A DNA stretch of 32,000 nucleotides from Lachnospiraceae bacterium (GTDB lineage: Bacteria > Bacteroidota > Bacteroidia > Bacteroidales > UBA932), in NCBI GenBank assembly GCA_963604455.1, contig CAVCRL010000009.1, forward strand, positions 1,817 to 33,816. The letters are read 5' to 3'. The notes under the pieces are model-generated. The model saw nothing but the letters and a program-made list of their open reading frames with translations. It did not search any database and was not told the DNA's origin. The position numbers and the translations under genes are program-made. Position 1 is the first letter of the stretch. Every line of letters begins with the position of its first letter. Below are positions 1 to 8,480 of this stretch, piece after piece.

Positions 1-102
1 CAGGGACGCGAGGCCACCAAGCAGCTGCTCAAAGACAACCAGGAACTCTGCGACGAGATCGAGGCGAAGGTACGCGAGGCGTTGAAGAACGTGAAGGACT
101 AA
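1..102 (+). CDS. recA: 3' end of a CDS truncated by the window edge; the C-terminal tail resembles RecA recombinase
   Basis: Frame 1 reads [33 protein letters not shown] with a stop at 100-102. This matches the RecA C-terminal pattern (E. coli ...[29 protein letters not shown]...). Only 33 aa are visible. Confidence 0.6.
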   Translation, partial: QGREATKQLLKDNQELCDEIEAKVREALKNVKD

Positions 103-677
103 GCCTCACGTTCCTCGGCGATCGCCTTGTTATAGCATTCACGGCACAGGGGCTCGTAGGCATCCTTTTCACCAAGGACCACGAGCTCCGTGTTGTGTGA
201 CAGCCTGTGAGAGTGGTTTGCAAGGTTACCGCACCTGACGCAGATGGCGTGGACTTTCCGGACTTCCTCCGCGACCGCCATCAGGTAAGGCATAGGGCCG
301 AAAGGTTTTCCGAGAAAATCGGTGTCAAGGCCGGCGATGATAACACGGATCCCTCTATTGGCGAGTTCCTGGGCCACATCCACAAGCGACATATCATAGA
401 ACTGGGCCTCGTCAATCCCGACGACCTGCACATCCGGACCGACGTTCAGCATCTCTTTCGGATCCTTCACGGAATGGCAAGGGATCTTGTGGAAGTCGTG
501 CGAGACAACATCATCCTCTGAATATCTTGTGTCGATTGTCGGCTTGAAGATCTCGATCCTGAGGTTGGCGAACTTGGCTCTGCGGATCCTGCGGATCAGT
601 TCCTCTGTCTTGCCGGAGAACATTGATCCACAAATGACTTCAATACATCCGGATTTTTTTATGTTTTCTGAAAACAT
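99..677 (-). CDS. tdk: Thymidine kinase
   Basis: 192-aa ORF with an ATG start. It has an N-terminal P-loop ([11 protein letters not shown]) and C-terminal Zn-ribbon cysteines (CVRCG...CRECY), both typical of type II thymidine kinases. Confidence 0.9.
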   Translation of the reverse strand: MFSENIKKSGCIEVICGSMFSGKTEELIRRIRRAKFANLRIEIFKPTIDTRYSEDDVVSHDFHKIPCHSVKDPKEMLNVGPDVQVVGIDEAQFYDMSLVDVAQELANRGIRVIIAGLDTDFLGKPFGPMPYLMAVAEEVRKVHAICVRCGNLANHSHRLSHNTELVVLGEKDAYEPLCRECYNKAIAEEREA

Positions 678-773
678 TTCGTTAGATTTGTTGAAATAAT
701 CAATAACACTCGCAAACCTTGCGGCACGGCATTGTCTCCGCCCTTCGGTTTGTCAGGCAAAGATAATATTTTT

Positions 774-1781
774 ATGGGAAACATCGACGAAAAAAGGCTT
801 TCCGCACTGCTGGAAAGAATTGGCAATATGAAGGCGGAGCTTGAGGCTCTTGAGAATGAGGTGCGCGCGCTTGGATCCGAGACGCAGGCCGGGGAGCGGG
901 AACTGACCGCTTCGGCAGGTCCTGTGGCCGAGGAAGCGGTTGAGGCCGTCGCTCCGGACGCTTCGACACTTCGCCAGGCTCAGTACACCGCAGACTCAGC
1001 GGATGGTGTTGAAGCCTTGGACACTCCGGCAGATGATACTCCTATTGAAATTGACATTCCGGACATAAGCATCCCGCCGATAGTTGAGGATCCGGTCGCC
1101 GAATATATTGCCGCATCTTCTGAAGGTGGGGAGAACCGTGTCACAGGCACAACGGCCGAAGACATCGTCAATGACCACCCGGCCACTGATCTCACGGAAC
1201 AAGTCACGGGAGCTGATTCTCCAGTCACTGAACCGGAATCCCAGGTCACTGAGCCTGTCGAAGTGACATCCGAAAAACCGGAAAGCCTAACCGAAGAGCC
1301 TGTCGAAACGGTTCCAGACCTGGCCACCGAGCCTGTCGAGGCCGAGATTCCGTCAGAGAGCCAGACTATGGACGACCTTCCGTTCGGAGACGATCTCCCT
1401 ATGGAGACAGAGGATGAGCCGCTGTTCAAAACCGATGAGGCGGAGCAGCCTCAGAAGCCAAGAAAGGCGATCGTTGACAGCACCAAAGCCGAAACCGCCG
1501 TTATGGACGTGATGGCCGACAACCAGGCCTGGAGAACAGACCGGCCGGGACTTCAGGTCAAGAACGTCATCAGCGCCATCTCGCTGAACGACAGGGTACT
1601 GCTGATCAATGTGCTGTTCAGGGAGGATCCGCTGCTGTTCCAAAACACAATCAGCGCCTTCAACGCGATGACAACCCTTGACGAGGCCGTGGCGTACATC
1701 CAGGCAAACTTCCCGGAATGGGATCTGAACTCGGAGCCTGTCTATAGGCTGATGATGGCAGTGCGCAGAAAGCTCCGTTAG
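774..1781 (+). CDS. Hypothetical protein: N-terminal coiled-coil, long acidic Pro/Glu/Thr/Val low-complexity linker, conserved-looking C-terminal domain
   Basis: The track ORF starts at a TTG (732); the first ATG is at 774 (MGNIDEKRLSALLERIGNMKAELEALENE). The middle contains repeated VTEP/EPVE-type acidic segments. The ~90-aa C-terminal region (RPGLQVKNVISAISLNDRVLLINVLFRED...) looks globular. I recognise no family. Confidence 0.6.
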   Translation: MGNIDEKRLSALLERIGNMKAELEALENEVRALGSETQAGERELTASAGPVAEEAVEAVAPDASTLRQAQYTADSADGVEALDTPADDTPIEIDIPDISIPPIVEDPVAEYIAASSEGGENRVTGTTAEDIVNDHPATDLTEQVTGADSPVTEPESQVTEPVEVTSEKPESLTEEPVETVPDLATEPVEAEIPSESQTMDDLPFGDDLPMETEDEPLFKTDEAEQPQKPRKAIVDSTKAETAVMDVMADNQAWRTDRPGLQVKNVISAISLNDRVLLINVLFREDPLLFQNTISAFNAMTTLDEAVAYIQANFPEWDLNSEPVYRLMMAVRRKLR

Positions 1782-1869
1782 AATCACTCGCAAGGGGAAG
1801 CCGTCAATTGACGGTCCACCCAATAACGTCAAACCAGGGCTCCCTATCCATTAACGTCAAAAACAGACT

Positions 1870-2580
1870 ATGCCAGGAATCCTTTACATAGTGCCGACCC
1901 CTGTAGGCAATCTGGACGATATGACTTTCAGGGCCGTTCAGGTGCTGAAAGACGCTGATCTGATCCTCGCAGAGGACACAAGGACCAGCAGCGTCCTGCT
2001 TCACCGCTACGACATCCACGGCAAACTCCAGTCGCATCACAAATTCAACGAGCACCAGACCGCCGAGATGATCAAGGAACGGATTCTCGGCGGATTGAAT
2101 GTCGCCCTGATCAGCGACGCCGGCACTCCGGGAATATCCGACCCCGGCTTCCTGCTTGCGAGGACATGCGCCGCCGAAGGGATTGAGGTGCAGACTCTTC
2201 CCGGAGCCACGGCCTGCATCCCGGCGATAGTCTCCTCCGGACTGCCTTGCGACAGGTTCTGCTTCGAGGGATTCCTGCCGGTGAAGAAAGGCCGCCAGAC
2301 CTTACTGAAAACCCTTGCGGAGGAGCCCAGAACGATGATTTTCTACGAATCACCTTACAGACTGGTGAAAACCCTCGACCAGTTCATTGACTATTTCGGT
2401 GCGGACCGAGAATGCTCCGTGGCAAGGGAAATCTCCAAGATCCACGAGGAGCACAAACGCGGAACCCTTGAGGAAGTGGCGGCGTGGTACCGGGAGCACG
2501 AGCCAAAGGGCGAGATCGTCATCGTTGTCGCCGGCGCTCCATCTGAGAAGAAAAAGCGGACAGTCGAGGCGGAAGAGTAG
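1870..2580 (+). CDS. rsmI: 16S rRNA (cytidine1402-2'-O)-methyltransferase RsmI
   Basis: 236 aa. The N-terminus (LYIVPTPVGNLDDMTFRAVQVLKDADLILAEDTRTS) plus SDAGTPGISDPG and FEGFLP motifs are characteristic of the tetrapyrrole-methylase-fold RsmI family. Confidence 0.9.
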   Translation: MPGILYIVPTPVGNLDDMTFRAVQVLKDADLILAEDTRTSSVLLHRYDIHGKLQSHHKFNEHQTAEMIKERILGGLNVALISDAGTPGISDPGFLLARTCAAEGIEVQTLPGATACIPAIVSSGLPCDRFCFEGFLPVKKGRQTLLKTLAEEPRTMIFYESPYRLVKTLDQFIDYFGADRECSVAREISKIHEEHKRGTLEEVAAWYREHEPKGEIVIVVAGAPSEKKKRTVEAEE

Positions 2581-2668
2581 TTTACGAATATGTCCGCTCA
2601 GTTTCCAGACAATCCTTTTAACCAAACATATTCACTTATGACCTGAACCAGAATATTTTCCGAATATT

Positions 2669-3754
2669 ATGAAAGACTTCAACTCCAACAAGGATGGCAA
2701 AAGGCCGTCCGCTTCATTCGTTGTCGGGGCGGTGGCCCTGCTGTTTCTCATTGTCGGCTATCAGGCGGCGCTGTTCATCCACAAGGCATCTGTCGCACGG
2801 ATCATCGCGAATTATGACGAGCCGGACACCGTGTTCGTTTACACTTCCGGGAACTCGCGCGAAGCGGTCAACGAGACGCCGGACGCTTCGGCAGGCTCAG
2901 CGACCGATCGTGCACTCAACCGTCATTCAAGCGCTTCGACACCTCGACAAGCTCAGTGCACAGCAGGCTCAGCGATCGATCGGTACAGGAAAAGGCCTTC
3001 TGGTGTACCAAACGCTTCCGGAAAGGCATTTGGTACAGGAAACGGCACTTTGGCGTACAAAAAGGGAGGCGGTCCGGCCAACGGTTCATTCCGCAGGAAC
3101 TCAGATCATTCTCCAGCGGCGGAGGCGATAAGGCGGAGCCACACTCCGAGGAAGTACGAGAGCTTCCGCTTCGATCCGAACACAGTCAGCATTGACGACC
3201 TGATGCGCCTGGGCTTCACGCAAAAACAGGCGCAGTCAATTGACAACTACCGCCAGAAAGGCGGCCGGTTCCGCCGCAAGAGCGATTTCGCGAAGTCCTA
3301 CGTCGTGGAGGATTCCGTTTACAGAAGGCTGGAAAAGTTCATCAACATCCCGAAGATCGACCTCAACTCGGCTGACTCCGTGACATTTATGACGCTTCCT
3401 GGGATCGGCAAGTTCTTCGCCGGCAAGATGGTGTCCTACCGTAAAGAACTGGGAGGATATTCCTACCCGGAGCAACTGATGGACATCTGGCACTTTGACC
3501 AGGAAAAGTTCGACAACCTGAAAGACCTCATCAAGGTGGACACAACGGCCACAGGGGCATATTCATTATGGTCGCTGCCGGAAAGCGCGCTCGCCGGACA
3601 CCCTTACATCGGGAAAAGGGCCGCGAGAGGAATCGTGATATTCAGAGACAACTCGCCACGTGGCGAATGGAAGGTCGAGAATCTGATAAAGGCTGGAATA
3701 TTGGCCCCCGACAAAGGAGAGAAACTCGCTAAATGCCGCATCGCAGCCCCATAG
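2669..3754 (+). CDS. ComEA-like helix-hairpin-helix DNA-binding protein with an N-terminal TM anchor and a repeat-built low-complexity linker
   Basis: 361 aa. There is a TM helix (FVVGAVALLFLIVGYQAALFI). Two HhH-type units follow: IDDLMRLGFTQKQAQSIDNYRQKGGRFRRKSDF, and LNSADSVTFMTLPGIGKFFAGKMVSYRKELGGYSYPEQL. These are typical of ComEA-family proteins. Confidence 0.65.
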   Translation: MKDFNSNKDGKRPSASFVVGAVALLFLIVGYQAALFIHKASVARIIANYDEPDTVFVYTSGNSREAVNETPDASAGSATDRALNRHSSASTPRQAQCTAGSAIDRYRKRPSGVPNASGKAFGTGNGTLAYKKGGGPANGSFRRNSDHSPAAEAIRRSHTPRKYESFRFDPNTVSIDDLMRLGFTQKQAQSIDNYRQKGGRFRRKSDFAKSYVVEDSVYRRLEKFINIPKIDLNSADSVTFMTLPGIGKFFAGKMVSYRKELGGYSYPEQLMDIWHFDQEKFDNLKDLIKVDTTATGAYSLWSLPESALAGHPYIGKRAARGIVIFRDNSPRGEWKVENLIKAGILAPDKGEKLAKCRIAAP

Positions 3755-3842
3755 AAACGAAGTGTTTGGGAGGAATATCTCTAAGGACATCGCAAAAAAG
3801 GATATTTTTAGTGAATATTAACATATTCAAGGAAGAAAATAT

Positions 3843-3873
3843 TTTGCTTTTTGCGGCAAAAGACTTAAATTTG
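3843..3873 (+). promoter_or_regulatory. Candidate Bacteroides-type promoter for rpmH
   Basis: TTTG at 3843-3846 and TAAATTTG (TAnnTTTG) at 3866-3873 are separated by 19 nt. The -7 box lies ~36 nt upstream of the rpmH ATG, in an AT-rich intergenic region. Confidence 0.45.
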
Positions 3874-3908
3874 CAGTCCGTTTTGGAAAATATAAAAAAT
3901 AAGAAGAT

Positions 3909-4061
3909 ATGAAAAGGACATTTCAACCATCCAGACGCAAGCGCGTGAACAAGCACGGATTCCGTGAAAGAATGGCAACCGCCAATGGTCGCCGCGTACT
4001 CGCTTCCCGTCGCCGTCACGGACGCAAAAAGCTGACTGTATCATCTGAGGACAGATGGTAA
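3909..4061 (+). CDS. rpmH: 50S ribosomal protein L34
   Basis: This 50-aa ORF is absent from the track because it is shorter than 60 aa. It reads [50 protein letters not shown], the canonical L34 sequence (MKRTFQPS...HGFR.RM.T..GR.VL..RR..GRK.L). Confidence 0.92.
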   Translation: MKRTFQPSRRKRVNKHGFRERMATANGRRVLASRRRHGRKKLTVSSEDRW

Positions 4062-4080
4062 TCCGTCAGATACCGTTTAG

Positions 4081-4107
4081 GGCAGGTCGGTAAGGCCTGC
4101 CTTTTTT
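4081..4107 (+). terminator. Rho-independent terminator after rpmH
   Basis: GGCAGG (4081-4086) pairs with CCTGCC (4096-4101) and is followed directly by TTTTTT (4102-4107). The hairpin begins 20 nt after the rpmH stop. Confidence 0.6.
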
Positions 4108-4129
4108 GTTTTCCGGAAAAAGTATTCAA

Positions 4130-4564
4130 ATGGACATTGACGAGAAATATATGACCGAGGCCTTGAAAGAGGCGCGGATAGCTTTCGACGAGGATGAGAT
4201 TCCGATCGGGGCGGTCGTGGTGTGCAGAGGCAGGATCATTGGCAAAGGGCATAATATGACAGAAAGGCTTCACGATCCGACAGCCCACGCCGAGATGATA
4301 GCGATCACGGCGGCGACGGAGGCTATGGGCGGGAAATATCTCAACGACTGCACACTGTACGTCACCGTGGAGCCTTGTCCGATGTGCTCCGGAGCGCTCA
4401 ACTGGGCACAGATAGGCAGGATCGTTTACGGAGCGCTGGACCCGAAAAGAGGTTACTCGATGTTCACCCCATCCCTCCTCCATCCGAAGACAGCGGTTCA
4501 AGCCGGAGTCCTTGCCGAAGAGTGCTCAGCCCTTATGCTGGACTTTTTCAAAGGCAAACGATAG
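4130..4564 (+). CDS. tadA: tRNA-specific adenosine deaminase (CDA-fold nucleoside deaminase)
   Basis: Zinc-binding deaminase motifs HAEM (..TAHAEMIAI..) and PCPMC (TVEPCPMCSGAL) are present, and the protein is TadA-sized. The first ATG is at 4130; the track start at 4106 is a TTG inside the rpmH terminator T-run. Confidence 0.85.
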   Translation: MDIDEKYMTEALKEARIAFDEDEIPIGAVVVCRGRIIGKGHNMTERLHDPTAHAEMIAITAATEAMGGKYLNDCTLYVTVEPCPMCSGALNWAQIGRIVYGALDPKRGYSMFTPSLLHPKTAVQAGVLAEECSALMLDFFKGKR

Positions 4565-4566
4565 CC

Positions 4567-5307
4567 TTACAGCACTATCCCGGAATACGACTCACAGACG
4601 GTCCGGTAACTTTCAAGGTTGCCGATGTCGTAACGCCGTCCAGGCATCTCCATAGCGTGCACGGGTGCCTGCGCGCAAAGCCAGGCGATGTAGCTGCCAG
4701 GAGCGTCAGTGCCGCATCCGGCCGCGATTCCGGAAGGGATCAGGCGGGCATCCTTGCGGGTGTAAAAGTAAAATGGAGGACAACACCAATGCGAACGGGG
4801 CTCGGACGGCTTCTCGACCATATTCAGAACCTTATCGTCCAAATCCACTTCGACGACTCCGCATTTGTGCAGCCGTTCCTCTGACAGCTCGTAGTAACGC
4901 ATTATGCAGGACGTGCCTTTGGAACGGGCATATTCAATAAAACCTACAAGGCTGAAATCCAAGACATTGTCCCCGGCTATGACCAAGATGTCATCATCGA
5001 AGGACAACGCGTCGATAGCGAACTGGATGTCCTTGACAGCGCCAAGCCGGGTCTCATTGGTCGAGGTTCCGTCATCCACCACAGTGATTTTGTCTTCAGG
5101 ACGGCCGGCGGCCCATTCACGGAAATGCCCGGCGAACTTATGGTTCGTCACAACGGCATATTCATCGACAAGTCCGGACGTGCGGATGTCGTCCACAAGC
5201 CAGTCCAGGATTGTTTTCCCCTTCACGTCAAGGAGCGGTTTCGGGAAATTCTCCGTCAAGGGATAAAGCCGTGTCGCATAGCCGGCGGCGAGAATCAAAC
5301 ATTTCAT
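4567..5307 (-). CDS. Sugar-1-phosphate nucleotidyltransferase (NTP_transferase family)
   Basis: 246 aa. The N-terminal signature MKCLILAAGYATRLYPLTENFPKPLL matches the G-x-G-T-R-L / K-P-L motif of NDP-sugar pyrophosphorylases. Its start overlaps the stop of the upstream kinase gene by 4 nt. Confidence 0.75.
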   Translation of the reverse strand: MKCLILAAGYATRLYPLTENFPKPLLDVKGKTILDWLVDDIRTSGLVDEYAVVTNHKFAGHFREWAAGRPEDKITVVDDGTSTNETRLGAVKDIQFAIDALSFDDDILVIAGDNVLDFSLVGFIEYARSKGTSCIMRYYELSEERLHKCGVVEVDLDDKVLNMVEKPSEPRSHWCCPPFYFYTRKDARLIPSGIAAGCGTDAPGSYIAWLCAQAPVHAMEMPGRRYDIGNLESYRTVCESYSGIVL

Positions 5308-6476
5308 ATCTTCACCCCGTCCGCACTGTGACAGATGTAGGCCGAATAATGTCCCTTCAAATCAGGAAACTCGGCAAGATACTCTGTCTCAACCTTTTCG
5401 AATATGCTCTGACGCATCGCCGGATCGATTATCGCCATACAGCACCCCTTAAATCCGGCCCCGCTGAAGCGGCCTCCGTAGATGCCGTCCGTGCGGGTCA
5501 TTATGTCATAGATTTTCTTGAGCTCAGGAGAGCCGGTCTCCCAATTCTCGATCGACGAGCGGCCACTCTCAAAACTCAAACGGCCATATTCCTCGATGTC
5601 TCCCCTCCTCCAGGCTTCCGCGCCTCGCTGGACACGGTCATATTCAGTGTACCAATGCTCCGCACGCTTGCGCCAGTTGTCCGGGAGGCTGTTTTCATAT
5701 TTTCTGAACACTTCGACCGGGACATCCCGAAGATTGGTTTCTCCGAACTTGCCGTAGTCCATTCCCGCATAGGCCTTGAGAGCGTACGCGGCGCTTCGGC
5801 ACTCGTCCACCCGCATATTGAATTTGCTTCCGGCGAGAGTACGCTCCACCCCGCTGAAGAAAATCGCAATGTCGTAAGGCTTCATCGCCGGGGATGTCGG
5901 GATCAGCTCGTAGCTGTCATCCTTGGTGTCAAGGTAGAGAAGATGATCCTTCTTGGAATAGACCTCGCAGCTTTGGTCAAGCTTGCCGCAGGAGACTCCG
6001 ACATATTCATTCTCAGCGGCTTTGGCCGTCAGGATCAGTTCCTTGTCGGTCAGATGAAGGCCATTGACCGTGCACAAGGCTTTCAGGAAAGCGATTATGA
6101 CCGCGGCTGAAGAAGACAGTCCTCCGATGGGAAGGGATCCCTCTATCACTCCGCTCAGGCCCACCCGCAACGGGAGCAACGCGCACAGCTGGGCAGTGGC
6201 TCCTCGGAGGTAATCAGCCCAATCGTTCTGCCTTTCCTCCGGAACGGCGTTGACGTGCCACTGGGCACGCTTGTGGAACTGAAGCGATGACAACTCAATG
6301 ACACCGTTCTTTTTCGGAGCGAAAGCGATGTGGATGCCTTTGTCTATGGCAAAGCCGGTCACTTTTCCAAGTTGGTGGTCAGAGTGCGCCCCGATCGGAC
6401 AGACTCGGTAAGGACAGAACGAGAGCCCTTCCGGCTCCCGTCCATAGATGTCCCTGAATTTCTGCTCGCAGGTCAT
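5304..6476 (-). CDS. GHMP-family sugar kinase, galactokinase-like
   Basis: 390 aa. It has a GalK-like N-terminal motif (PYRVCPIGAHSDHQ, compare GRVNLIGEHTDY) and the GHMP ATP-binding motif (LPIGGLSSSAAVIIAFLKAL). The sugar specificity cannot be read from the sequence. Confidence 0.75.
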   Translation of the reverse strand: MTCEQKFRDIYGREPEGLSFCPYRVCPIGAHSDHQLGKVTGFAIDKGIHIAFAPKKNGVIELSSLQFHKRAQWHVNAVPEERQNDWADYLRGATAQLCALLPLRVGLSGVIEGSLPIGGLSSSAAVIIAFLKALCTVNGLHLTDKELILTAKAAENEYVGVSCGKLDQSCEVYSKKDHLLYLDTKDDSYELIPTSPAMKPYDIAIFFSGVERTLAGSKFNMRVDECRSAAYALKAYAGMDYGKFGETNLRDVPVEVFRKYENSLPDNWRKRAEHWYTEYDRVQRGAEAWRRGDIEEYGRLSFESGRSSIENWETGSPELKKIYDIMTRTDGIYGGRFSGAGFKGCCMAIIDPAMRQSIFEKVETEYLAEFPDLKGHYSAYICHSADGVKI

Positions 6477-6494
6477 AGGCCTCCCGATTTACAT

Positions 6495-7829
6495 TTAGAG
6501 TCTTGCCTGAAGAGCCTTGCCCTGCTCCTCGTAGCCTGGCTTGCCAAGAAGAGCGAACATATTCTTCTTGTAGGCCTCGACTCCCGGCTGGTTGAACGGA
6601 TTCACGCCAAGCACATAGGCGCTGACACCGCAGGCGAACTCGAAGAAGTAGAACAGACCGCCAAGATTGAAAGCGTTGATCTTCTCGATGGAGACTTCAA
6701 GCTGAGGAACGCCGCCGTCGATGTGGGCGAGTTTCGTTCCGAGCTGGGCCATAGCGTTGCAATGCTCAACGTGCTGTCCGGCGAGATAGTTGAGCTGGTC
6801 AAGATTCTGCTCGTCGCTTCCGATCACGACCTCGCGGTTGCTCTTCTCGATGTTGACCACAGTCTCGAACACGATCCTGTCGCCGTCCTGGATGAACTGT
6901 CCCATAGAATGGAGGTCGGTGGTGAAGTTCACGGAAGCCGGGAATATTCCCTTGAGATCCTTGCCCTCGGACTCGCCGTAAAGCTGCTTCCACCACTCTC
7001 CAAGGTACTGGAACTTAGGATTGTAAGCCACCAGAATCTCGACTTTCTTTCCAAGTTTTGAATATAGGAGGTTCCTCATCGCGGCGTACTGCACGGCAGG
7101 GTTCTCCTCTCCTTTGACAGCAAGAGCCTTCTCCATCTCAACGGCTCCGGCAAGCATCTCACGTACATCGAATCCGGCGAGAACGATAGGCAGGAGTCCG
7201 ACAGGAGTGAGTACGGAGAAACGGCCTCCGACATTGTCAGGAACGACAAATGTCTTGTAACCTTCCTGTGTGGAAAGGGTCTTGAGGGCTCCCTTGTGGG
7301 CATCGGTGATGGCAACGATCCTCTCGGAGGCGTCCTTATAATTCTTCTCGATGTGCTCTTTCACGATTCTGAAAGCGACAGCCGGCTCGGTGGTGGTTCC
7401 GGACTTGGAGATCACGACAGTGGCGACATTCCTCTCGGCCACGAGATCCATCAGTTCAGCGAGATATTCCTCGGAAAGGTTGTTTCCGGCGAACACTACC
7501 TCAGGAGCGTCCTTCGCTCCGCTGAGCTGCTTGGCGAAATTGTGGGAAAGGGCCTCGATGGCGCAGCGGGCTCCAAGGTAGGATCCTCCGATACCGATCA
7601 CCACGACAAGATTCACACCTTTGGCCTTCCAATCGTCACGGATGGCCTCGCACTCCTTGATAAGCGAGTCAGGTGTCTGTGACGGCAGATGCTTCCAGCC
7701 CAGGAAATCGTTGCCGGCTCCAGTCTCGCTTTCAAGGACATCAAAAGCCTGCAGAGCCTTGCCGACATATTCCTTGTAGTCAGCATCATTCACAAAAGAG
7801 GAGCATCCTCCCAAATTCACTTTGACCAT
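6495..7829 (-). CDS. pgi: Glucose-6-phosphate isomerase
   Basis: Bacteroides-type short PGI with GNDFLGWKHLP, IGIGGSYLGARC, ISKSGTTTEP and GGRFSVLT motifs. The likely ATG is at 7829 (MVKVNLGG...); the track's upstream extension to 7886 seems unnecessary. Confidence 0.9.
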   Translation of the reverse strand: MVKVNLGGCSSFVNDADYKEYVGKALQAFDVLESETGAGNDFLGWKHLPSQTPDSLIKECEAIRDDWKAKGVNLVVVIGIGGSYLGARCAIEALSHNFAKQLSGAKDAPEVVFAGNNLSEEYLAELMDLVAERNVATVVISKSGTTTEPAVAFRIVKEHIEKNYKDASERIVAITDAHKGALKTLSTQEGYKTFVVPDNVGGRFSVLTPVGLLPIVLAGFDVREMLAGAVEMEKALAVKGEENPAVQYAAMRNLLYSKLGKKVEILVAYNPKFQYLGEWWKQLYGESEGKDLKGIFPASVNFTTDLHSMGQFIQDGDRIVFETVVNIEKSNREVVIGSDEQNLDQLNYLAGQHVEHCNAMAQLGTKLAHIDGGVPQLEVSIEKINAFNLGGLFYFFEFACGVSAYVLGVNPFNQPGVEAYKKNMFALLGKPGYEEQGKALQARL

Positions 7830-7939
7830 ATTCTTCAAAATTAAGGTTAAACGTTCGTCTGAAGCGACCTTGCGCGGCCACTTCATATACAGTCTGCAAA
7901 AATAACCATTTTCGGCTAAAAATCAAGCGGGTAGGAAGG

Positions 7940-7998
7940 GGTTTTGCTTTCCGGTTTGCTTTCGGTTTGCTTTCGGTTTGCTTTCGGTTTTGCTTTCC
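7940..7998. repeat. Tandem repeat of ~5 units of 11-13 nt (GGTTTGCTTTC core)
   Basis: The sequence reads ggttttgctttcc / ggtttgctttc x3 / ggttttgctttcc. It lies in the non-coding gap between pgi and the five-gene operon. Confidence 0.85.
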
Positions 7999-8080
7999 GA
8001 AGGAAGCGCTATGCGGGGAATATGATCCAGTCGAAGTCGATTCGCCTCACGAAGGAAGCGCTATGCGGGAAATATGATCC
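7998..8080. repeat. Two copies of a 31-nt direct repeat, 52-nt period, one mismatch
   Basis: cgaaggaagcgctatgcggGgaatatgatcc (7998-8028) and cgaaggaagcgctatgcggAaatatgatcc (8050-8080) abut the tandem repeat. Confidence 0.85.
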
Positions 8081-8480
8081 TGTGGGGAATCCGTACTTTG
8101 ATATCGCTGTACTGATCACAGCGCTATCATCTGGCCACCTGACCTGACTAATGCACGGTATTTAGCGTTGATTGCCAAGTTAATCATTGTCAATGCGTTA
8201 CAAGATACTGGTAGTCAAAACGGAAGGCCAACGTTTCACAACTAATTGATAGTCAGTCGGTGATGCTCCACAGTTTTATAATCAATGTTTTATGGAATCG
8301 TACGCAACTCTGGCTTCACAATTGAAATCAAAGGGATTTCCAGTCATCACGGCGAATCAACAACCAACCGGACTGACCTCACATTTATGTACACTTGAAG
8401 GAGCTTTTCAAATTTATATAAAAGAGGATGTTCTCTTCTCCAGCAATATAAGCCCTTCATTTGTCTAGATGATATAGACT

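Noticed and set aside
661-677. Perfect palindrome ATGTTTTC-T-GAAAACAT covering the tdk start codon, which gives MFSEN on both strands
   Set aside because: It is real in the sequence, but it is a single 17-nt site with no second copy or partner motif in the window. A 1-nt loop cannot form a hairpin. It may be a coincidence of the N-terminal codons, and the evidence for an operator is insufficient.
2694-3131. 145-aa alternative-frame ORF within the ComEA-like gene
   Set aside because: It lies in the repeat-rich linker, where all frames stay open. The in-frame TM anchor and HhH domains support the 2669-3754 frame.
5211-7061. Long plus-strand ORFs (5211-6110, 6330-7061) opposite the GHMP kinase and pgi
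   Set aside because: They are antisense to genes with unambiguous family signatures, and they are typical GC-rich shadow frames.
7830-7886. N-terminal extensions from upstream starts suggested by the ORF track. This entry covers pgi to 7886; the others are TTG starts: RT-cas1 to 22054, corA to 30779, tadA from 4106 and the hypothetical gene from 732.
   Set aside because: In each case a downstream ATG gives an N-terminus matching the family pattern or avoids overlap with the upstream gene or terminator. The longer forms cannot be excluded without experimental data.
7944-8147. 67-aa plus-strand ORF in the pgi-distal intergenic region
   Set aside because: The ORF is generated by the 11-13-nt tandem repeat (FRFAFGFAF...) and the 31-nt direct repeats. 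It has no coding features.
8410-8437. Possible weak terminator after the peptidase gene (aagag-aacatc-ctctt followed by a T/A-rich run on the minus strand)
   Set aside because: The stem is only 5 bp and the T-tract is interrupted, which is too weak to report as a feature.
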